From IMG/VR virus record IMGVR_UViG_2778261303_000012, positions 1 through 21,258 of that record: a stretch of DNA of 21,258 nucleotides; one strand, 5' to 3'. Below the pieces are notes generated by a model. That model was not told the DNA's origin, ran no database searches, and saw only the letters and a list, made by a program, of their open reading frames with translations. Shown here piece after piece: positions 15,415 through 21,258 of this stretch. The translations under genes were made by a program, and so were the position numbers. This DNA comes from a virus (Duplodnaviria; Heunggongvirae; Uroviricota; Caudoviricetes). Positions within the stretch are counted from its first letter, which is position 1. Each line of letters begins with the position of its first letter.

Positions 15415-15755
15415 ATGTTTTCGAAATGGAAGGGTTTCTTCGCGGGAAATGTGTACCGCGAGATCTGAAAGTGAATGAAACAAATGCTGAGTATCTGGTG
15501 CGTAAATTCGATGAAGTACGTGCTGAGGCTCGCAACGAGGGTATTAACTATACCGCAAGCCGTCTTGCTGCTGCTTTCAATCACGGATTTATCAATAAGC
15601 CTTTGGCTGAAGTTTTCGACGTTACACGCATGATTCTGTCAGCAAAAGAAGAGTTAGCTAATGAATCGCATCCGATTGATGGCCTGTCCGGTGAATATGC
15701 AGAGAAATCCCTTGAAGAATGGGCGGAACGGCTTCGCAAAGGAGGCAGCCAGTGA
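15405..15755 (+). CDS. YfdS-like prophage protein
   Basis: 116-aa ORF overlapping the yfdR stop (ATGCGCATGA); position after yfdR as in CPS-53. No motif recognised. Confidence 0.5.
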   Translation: MRMNVFEMEGFLRGKCVPRDLKVNETNAEYLVRKFDEVRAEARNEGINYTASRLAAAFNHGFINKPLAEVFDVTRMILSAKEELANESHPIDGLSGEYAEKSLEEWAERLRKGGSQ

Positions 15756-16237
15756 CTGGACATGCAGCAATCCTCGACATGTGCTGTGGCAGTCGCATGT
15801 TCTGGTTCGATAAGAATGACGACCGGGCGATATTTAGTGATATCAGAAAGGAAGAGCACACATTGTGTGATGGACGACGCCTGATTATCAGTCCTGACCT
15901 GATAGCTGATTTTCGTGCACTACCATTTGCAGACGCATCCTTTTCGATGGTTGTATTCGACCCTCCGCATCTTGAGCGTGTTGGTGATAACGCTTGGATG
16001 GGAAAGAAATATGGACGGCTGAATAAAGATACCTGGCGTGATGATTTACGGCAGGGATTCAAAGAAGCCTTTCGTGTGTTGTGGCCATACGGCGTTCTGA
16101 TTTTTAAATGGAATGAAACGCAAATACCTGTTCGCCAGATATTGGCACTGACCGACAGAAAGCCTGTTATCGGTCAACGAACAGGAAAGGGTGACAAGAC
16201 CCACTGGATTATTTTTATGAAGGAGGGCAACCAGTGA
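15752..16237 (+). CDS. small SAM-dependent (probably DNA) methyltransferase with DPPH motif
   Basis: GTG start at 15752 with AGGAGG RBS, GTGA overlap with upstream stop; 161 aa. ILDMCCGSRMFWFD (motif I-like) and VVFDPPH (motif IV-like DPPH) suggest an amino-methyltransferase. Confidence 0.55.
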   Translation: MTGHAAILDMCCGSRMFWFDKNDDRAIFSDIRKEEHTLCDGRRLIISPDLIADFRALPFADASFSMVVFDPPHLERVGDNAWMGKKYGRLNKDTWRDDLRQGFKEAFRVLWPYGVLIFKWNETQIPVRQILALTDRKPVIGQRTGKGDKTHWIIFMKEGNQ

Positions 16238-16833
16238 GCGAGATTGATTATCAGGCGCTACGGGAACGTTATTCACCTAAGCCAGTACCTGAATGCTCTG
16301 TTTGTGGCGAGGAAATGTCAATACAGCGTATATCTGGAGCACATGTCACTTATGCCTGCTCCGGTTATGGTGGTGATGGAGATTTCAAAATTGGTCGCAC
16401 ACTTGCCGACGAGCATTATGAAAAATCACGCGTAACAGTAGTTGATGACAGTGACCCTGATGTGATTGCACTACTGGACGAACTGGAGGCAGCAAAATCA
16501 AAACTCAACGAGCAGCGTGAGTATTACGAAGGTGTTATCTCGGATGGGAGTAAGCGTATTGCTGAACTGGAAGCACGGGAAATAAAACCAGCCAAAGGCG
16601 AAGTTCTTGTCGTTGTCTCTGGTTTTACTGGTTGCGGGAAAAGCGCCATTGCCGGGGAAATAGAAATTGCGATGAAAGCTATTGGTGTGCCGGTTCAATG
16701 GACTAATGGCGATGCAGAAAAGCATATGACCGGCGCTGACTGGCTGACAGCGATTGAGATGTACAAACCAAATGTGCGCATCGTGGAAGTTAATGTGTCA
16801 CGCGCCGCAGGCATTCGCATCAAAGGAGAGTGA
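16234..16833 (+). CDS. Ead/Ea22-like prophage protein
   Basis: 199 aa, GTG start with AGGAGG RBS, GTGA overlap. N-terminal MSEIDYQALRERY... plus a coiled-coil middle part (LDELEAAKSKLNEQREYYEGV..RIAELEARE) resemble Ea22-like proteins as recalled. Confidence 0.45.
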   Translation: MSEIDYQALRERYSPKPVPECSVCGEEMSIQRISGAHVTYACSGYGGDGDFKIGRTLADEHYEKSRVTVVDDSDPDVIALLDELEAAKSKLNEQREYYEGVISDGSKRIAELEAREIKPAKGEVLVVVSGFTGCGKSAIAGEIEIAMKAIGVPVQWTNGDAEKHMTGADWLTAIEMYKPNVRIVEVNVSRAAGIRIKGE

Positions 16834-16834
16834 G

Positions 16835-17026
16835 ATGAACGGACAAATATCAATTGTTCGACCGGGAGCATGTGACGATTGCGAGATACGAATGATTATT
16901 CGTCTGGCGAGGGGGAAAACAATAACTGCTCTCATTACTCCTGAAAATCTCGCATTAGCATTAACAGGAAAGTCAGACCTGCCAGTAGAGCTAAAGCTGC
17001 GAAATATTGAGATTAAAGTGAAATAG
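16835..17026 (+). CDS. small hypothetical protein (63 aa)
   Basis: ATG at 16835 one base after the upstream stop with AAGGAG upstream; ends 2 nt before the next gene. The track's longer 90-aa version overlaps the previous gene and is less likely. Confidence 0.35.
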   Translation: MNGQISIVRPGACDDCEIRMIIRLARGKTITALITPENLALALTGKSDLPVELKLRNIEIKVK

Positions 17027-17028
17027 TT

Positions 17029-17781
17029 ATGAATACTCTTACCAAAGAATGGTTACAGAACACGATTACCGGAATTGAGTCGATAATAGACGATAAATCG
17101 TTTGTATGTAGTGAAATAGCATTCGAAATAGGTCAGGTTAACAACATACTTACCGCATTTAAAATTGCACTGGCATCGCTGGCAGCAGTATCGGATGAAC
17201 GAGCAGCCTATGAATTATTTATGGAGAAGCGTTTCGGGGAATCTGTAGATCGCCGTAGGGCAAAAAATGGCGATAGAGAATACATGGCATGGGATATGGC
17301 GCTTGGCTGGATTATCTGGTGTCACCGCGCCGCCATGCTTCAGGGTAGCCAACCTGTAAGCCAAACTTACAACTTGCCAGAATTAATCGAAGGCATGGAA
17401 GTTTCCATTGATGTAAGCACTTGTGATGCTGATTTAGGTAATCGCTATTTCGGCACCGTCACCGAGGCGTTAGAACTTGATACAGCCAAGAATGGTTACA
17501 TCCTCCTGGTTCAGGACGCAGAGCCAAACTTCGATGTAAATGGCAACTCTCCGGGAACTCCGGATAGTTGGATAAGCTGTAGTGATCGAATGCCTGAAAA
17601 GGGCCAGAACGTGCTTATTTCGGTGAATTTCGATAGCTCTCTGGTTGAACCGCTAATATGCGCCGCACGCTATACCGGAAGCACCTTTCGGCGCGGAGAT
17701 GCAACGATTAAGCCGGGTAATGGTATTGAGCAAGCAACTCACTGGATGCCGCTACCGGAACCGCCGCAGGAGGTGAAGTGA
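17029..17781 (+). CDS. DUF551-domain prophage protein
   Basis: 250 aa. C-terminal WISCSDRMPEKGQNVLISVN...THWMPLPEPP matches the DUF551 signature common in enterobacterial prophages. Confidence 0.7.
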   Translation: MNTLTKEWLQNTITGIESIIDDKSFVCSEIAFEIGQVNNILTAFKIALASLAAVSDERAAYELFMEKRFGESVDRRRAKNGDREYMAWDMALGWIIWCHRAAMLQGSQPVSQTYNLPELIEGMEVSIDVSTCDADLGNRYFGTVTEALELDTAKNGYILLVQDAEPNFDVNGNSPGTPDSWISCSDRMPEKGQNVLISVNFDSSLVEPLICAARYTGSTFRRGDATIKPGNGIEQATHWMPLPEPPQEVK

Positions 17782-18353
17782 TGAACAACTTAATGATCGA
17801 CCTTGAGACGATGGGGAAAAATAAGGATGCACCGATCGTTTCCATTGGCGCGGTGTTCTTCACTCCAGAAACCGGAGACATCGGACAAGAATTCTATGCG
17901 GTTGTCAGCCTAGACAGTGCTATGAAGCAAGGAGCTACACCTGACGGCGATACCATCCTGTGGTGGTTGAAACAAAGCCCTGAAGCGCGAGCTGCAATCT
18001 GTATTGATGATACTTTGTCGATCAGCGATGCTCTCTCAGAACTAAACCATTTCATTAACCGGCACGCAGACAATACGAAATATTTAAAAGTCTGGGGTAA
18101 CGGGGCCACCTTCGACAACGTAATTTTACGTGGAGCTTACGAGCGAGCAGGACAAATCTGCCCGTGGGCGTACTGGAATGACCACGATGTACGCACGATC
18201 GTTACGCTTGGGCGTTCCATCGGATTCGACCCCAAAATGGACATGCCTTTCGATGGCGAACGGCACAACGCCCTGGCTGATGCCCGTCATCAGGCAAAAT
18301 ATGTTTCCGCTATCTGGCAGAAATTAATTCCTGCCACCAGCACAGAATTATGA
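17781..18353 (+). CDS. DEDDh-type 3'-5' exonuclease
   Basis: ATG 17781 with GGAGG RBS, 190 aa. Exo I motif MIDLETMG (D-x-E), later acidic residues, and H-x4-D motif in HNALADARHQA. Confidence 0.75.
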   Translation: MNNLMIDLETMGKNKDAPIVSIGAVFFTPETGDIGQEFYAVVSLDSAMKQGATPDGDTILWWLKQSPEARAAICIDDTLSISDALSELNHFINRHADNTKYLKVWGNGATFDNVILRGAYERAGQICPWAYWNDHDVRTIVTLGRSIGFDPKMDMPFDGERHNALADARHQAKYVSAIWQKLIPATSTEL

Positions 18354-18389
18354 TTTTCCCGGGTGCAGCCGGTTTTGATGGAGAAAATT

Positions 18390-18662
18390 ATGAACACCTT
18401 GTTTTTACTGATGGCTGAATTCAATACCCCTAACATTGAACTCTCAGCAGTTAGCCAAAAGTACTTTGGCATGAGTCCAGCCACGGCAGAAGCAAAAGCA
18501 AACGCTTGTAAGTTGCCCGTTCCAACATATCGCATCGGCACATCACAAAAAGCAAAACGTTGCATCAATATTCAGGATCTTGCGGAATACATAGACAAAA
18601 GACGAGAAGAAGGACGAGCTGAGTGGGAAAAGGTCAGAACGGATAAACAAAAATATAACTAA
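18390..18662 (+). CDS. excisionase-like / PrtN-family small DNA-binding protein
   Basis: ATG 18390 with GGAG RBS (alternative ATG at 18378), 90 aa. KYFGMSPATAEAKANACKLPVPTYRIGTSQKAKRCINIQDLAEYIDKRREEG resembles PrtN/excisionase-like proteins (recollection). Last gene of the early-left operon. Confidence 0.55.
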   Translation: MNTLFLLMAEFNTPNIELSAVSQKYFGMSPATAEAKANACKLPVPTYRIGTSQKAKRCINIQDLAEYIDKRREEGRAEWEKVRTDKQKYN

Positions 18663-18675
18663 ACTAAGACCATGA

Positions 18676-18704
18676 ATAACCCGTGTATATACGGGTTATT
18701 TTTC
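18676..18704 (+). terminator. rho-independent terminator after the excisionase-like gene
   Basis: AACCCGT-gtatat-ACGGGTT hairpin followed by ATTTTTC; overlaps the stop codon of the convergent membrane-protein gene. Confidence 0.55.
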
Positions 18705-19244
18705 TTTATCGCCATCTTTTCTAGATTTGAACAATCCACTAACAACGAAGCCAACCAAACCAACAATACTAATTGTACTTGTTCCCAGTAATGCAACGAT
18801 TGCTTCAACTGGCGGCTTTCCTTCATGAGCAATAAGAAATGATACAAACATTCCGGCTACAAATAAGCACCAACACGACATAAACCAAACCGTGAATGAG
18901 GCCATTTTTGTCCGAAGCTCATTGTCTATTTCTTTACCAGTTGCGTCAGCTATCTTATCCCGTACTTGTGACTTGAGCATATCAAGCTGAGCTTGAAGAC
19001 TGTCCATTCTGTTCTGCTGCATAAACTCATGCAATGCACCAGTATTAGAACCAAACTCTTCTGCCTCCAGAATAGCCTTATTTTCTGAAGAAGAATCATC
19101 ATCGCGCTCATGATTAGACGGCTCAAATGCGGATTCAAAAGCCTGCTCTTGGCTGTCAGTAGAGTTTAAGGATGCTTCAGAGCGACCATTTTCAACACCT
19201 GCGGCCGCTCCGATCAGTTTATAGATATCTGAATTATGAGACAT
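18696..19244 (-). CDS. membrane protein with acidic N-terminal region, coiled coil and C-terminal two-TM hairpin (candidate toxin/effector)
   Basis: 182 aa. N-terminal about 60 residues acidic and low complexity, predicted coiled coil (LQAQLDMLKSQVRDKIADATGKEIDNELRTK), then two hydrophobic helices (FTVWFMSCWCLFVAGMFVSFLIA; AIVALLGTSTISIVGLVGFVVSGLF) and a basic tail. Starts 22 nt after the Panacea-domain gene. Confidence 0.6.
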   Translation of the reverse strand: MSHNSDIYKLIGAAAGVENGRSEASLNSTDSQEQAFESAFEPSNHERDDDSSSENKAILEAEEFGSNTGALHEFMQQNRMDSLQAQLDMLKSQVRDKIADATGKEIDNELRTKMASFTVWFMSCWCLFVAGMFVSFLIAHEGKPPVEAIVALLGTSTISIVGLVGFVVSGLFKSRKDGDKEK

Positions 19245-19266
19245 GTCATCCCTGAATATTACTTTT

Positions 19267-19740
19267 TCAGAGGCCCTGACATTGCTGTCGGTTATTCAAT
19301 AAATCATGATAATAAGCCTTGATCGCATCATTTGAGATGATCGACGAGCCAATACCATTATAAGCTTGTGACCAAGGCGTACCTGGCATATGAGTTAGAG
19401 TTGATAACTCAATTCCATTTTTCGAGCCGTAAAACTTATAAACAGCCCCTATAATGCTCTCTGCTTGCGGATCCATAGTAACGATGCCACCAAAAGGAGC
19501 TACTGCTACATTCGTAACAGGTTTATTCCCATAGTCTTTGAAAGCATCGTACATTCCAGGAATAACTGGACCGTACTTCCACGCGGAGACACATTCATTG
19601 AGCAAAGGCTTACCTGTTAATGCTAAATAGTAACCATGGGCAATATAAGTAAGCTTCTGAAGTTGCATGTGGGTCAGAGGATTATGATGTTGGTTTCCCA
19701 ACGTTATGAATTTATTGGCTATTTGTACCGGACTGTACAT
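19267..19740 (-). CDS. Panacea-domain (DUF4065) protein, PanA/SocA-like antitoxin candidate
   Basis: Start at ATG 19740 with AGGAGG RBS, 157 aa: MYSPVQIANKFI....LTHMQLQKLTYIAHGYYLALTGKPLLNECVSAWKYGPVIPGMYDAFKDYG matches the DUF4065/Panacea signature (...KLQKLLYYAQG..LA..G.PLF.E...AW..GPV.P..Y) as recalled. Confidence 0.7.
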   Translation of the reverse strand: MYSPVQIANKFITLGNQHHNPLTHMQLQKLTYIAHGYYLALTGKPLLNECVSAWKYGPVIPGMYDAFKDYGNKPVTNVAVAPFGGIVTMDPQAESIIGAVYKFYGSKNGIELSTLTHMPGTPWSQAYNGIGSSIISNDAIKAYYHDLLNNRQQCQGL

Positions 19741-20440
19741 AACCACCCTCCTCATTACACTGAATGTGCAAACAGTATCATCACTGTTATCTCAACCTAA
19801 CACGAACAAAAAAGTTTTGGAAGATTGCAAGAGCAATTCACTGTGTTTATAACCAGCAAATGACTGTACATATACACAGGTTACAAATTGGTGGCGAATT
19901 ATACCTGCAGAAGTTGCGATGTCAACAAAGCGACCATCACAGTGTTTTGCATCTCACACTGTTATGACAAAAAATCTTTTGATAGGTTCCCAATAGGCTC
20001 CCACAAAACACATAACCAATTGTTTTTCAAAAACGATACATCCTATCGAGCATTGGTGCAACGCTAAACCGACCACTCCAGTGAACGTCAGTTTTTTCAG
20101 GCATTGCGCTGGTTTGGTTGATTTTTTGCATTTCAGAATTACCGTGCATTTTCAAATGTAGAGATTATTTTATCGATATATCATGGGGTTATGTTATTCA
20201 GCATCACTGTTCAGGAGGCTCAATAACGGGGTACTATACCATAACAACAGGAAGCGCCTGTCTCATTGCAAAAGAAAATTGAGATCCTCTCAAGGCATGA
20301 AGCTCTCACGAAGTGATGGAAATAATCTTATTAGCCGTTAGCTTTGTTAAGGCCAATGATAAACAATCCAGGTTCGACGATAAATAAAAATCACACATTA
20401 AACTCCGGTGATATCTCTCCCTGCTAATAGCACTGATAGA

Positions 20441-20474
20441 GAAAAAAAGAACCCAATAAGCATTGGGTTCTTTT
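20441..20474 (-). terminator. bidirectional rho-independent terminator
   Basis: GAACCCAAT-aagc-ATTGGGTTC hairpin flanked by an A-run upstream and a T-run downstream; sits 40 nt past the stop of the 20512.. gene on the minus strand. Confidence 0.6.
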
Positions 20475-20511
20475 ATGTAATGCCTTCCATACCATCGAAG
20501 AACTTCACATA

Positions 20512-21258
20512 TTATTTCTCCGATTTAACCCCGAATAAATCATAAATTAATTTAGAAGTGTCTGTATATATTTTAATCTTTTCCTTTGAGTTTGGGTCAA
20601 ACGACTTAGCAAAGTCAATTAATTTCGGTGCAGCATCTCGCATTTTGCTTAAAATATCAGGGGCGAGCTTTCCTTCATTCACCAGATGTGACATCTTATC
20701 CAGATAGCCATCAAAATTCATTTCTCCCCCATCTGCCAGACGCTTCATCTCTCCCAGGTACTTCTTCATATCACGTTGAGATAACTCTTCAAACTGAGCT
20801 GTCAGATAGTTCTCATTATCATCATTAATATTCACTTTTTCTGCTCCTGCTAAATCTGTGTAGGCACTAGAGTATGAAAGTGAAATCAACAGCGAAGCGA
20901 ATAATTTTAAGCTGTTGTCATCATATTCCTGACATGCATTAACAAACGTTAAAAAACCAGAACCTATTGCTTGCAAATGTATATTCGCTAAAGGTTCATT
21001 ATCTTTAGATTCCTCATAAAAAAGCTGAACCGTGGAGGGAAGGCCATTCTTGGTTTCTACATCAAAAGTATATCGTTCTATGGGCGTTGCATCTTTATTA
21101 TCCTCAGGATTACATATACTATTAATCGCAAAATGAAAAATAGCCCGATCAACAACTGATGCAATAAATTCACGATCGTTTAATTCCTCATCAGTGCAAT
21201 CTCCAATATACTTATTAACCCACTCTTTGAGATTAGTTATTTGCTCAATTAAAAACAC
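20512..21258 (-). CDS. hypothetical AT-rich protein, 5'-truncated by the window edge
   Basis: 248 codons open to the last base of the window (the track 'M' is a GTG at the edge, so the true start probably lies outside). AT-rich composition unlike the prophage core; no family recognised. Confidence 0.5.
   Translation of the reverse strand: MFLIEQITNLKEWVNKYIGDCTDEELNDREFIASVVDRAIFHFAINSICNPEDNKDATPIERYTFDVETKNGLPSTVQLFYEESKDNEPLANIHLQAIGSGFLTFVNACQEYDDNSLKLFASLLISLSYSSAYTDLAGAEKVNINDDNENYLTAQFEELSQRDMKKYLGEMKRLADGGEMNFDGYLDKMSHLVNEGKLAPDILSKMRDAAPKLIDFAKSFDPNSKEKIKIYTDTSKLIYDLFGVKSEK

Noticed and set aside
19764-19967. 67-aa plus-strand ORF in the intergenic region upstream of the Panacea gene
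   Set aside because: Cys/His/Gln-rich translation with no RBS, overlapping the likely promoter/operator palindromes of the divergent operon; probably non-coding.
20360-20400. tRNA-like GGTTCGA motif (possible tRNA fragment or att site)
   Set aside because: Only the T-loop-like heptamer is present; no complementary T-stem, acceptor stem or CCA context, so neither a tRNA gene nor a tRNA-derived att core can be supported.

Overview
This 21.3-kb window reads as a defective lambdoid prophage early region (about 4.6–18.7 kb, roughly 50% GC) flanked on both sides by AT-rich accessory DNA. All calls rest on reading the sequence and on recalled family signatures; no database search was run. Left flank (1–4.6 kb): a secreted-protein gene and a membrane-protein gene on the minus strand, an IS10-like (IS4-family) insertion sequence whose transposase carries one in-frame amber stop, and a compact three-gene AT-rich operon of unrecognised proteins that sits exactly where the phage late region should begin. 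Prophage core: Q-like antiterminator, DUF968/YdfU, KilA-N antirepressor, RusA, LexA-DBD-only protein, Dam-like methyltransferase, PerC-like regulator, replication initiator with internal iteron-like repeats, Rha, CII-like and Cro-like genes on the minus strand; a divergent CI repressor (HTH + S24 peptidase) on the plus strand; then a plus-strand early-left operon (YfdP/Q/R/S-like block, small DPPH methyltransferase, Ea22-like, DUF551, DEDDh exonuclease, excisionase-like). No integrase, lysis or structural genes are present. Right flank: a Panacea (DUF4065) antitoxin-like gene paired with a two-TM membrane protein, a long palindrome-rich intergenic region, and an AT-rich gene truncated by the window edge. 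The best candidates for an undescribed system are the three-gene cassette downstream of Q, the Panacea–membrane protein pair, and an antisense SWIM zinc-finger moron inside the early operon. Also notable are a near-consensus LexA box inside the cI coding sequence and a long structured untranslated leader ahead of the early-left operon.
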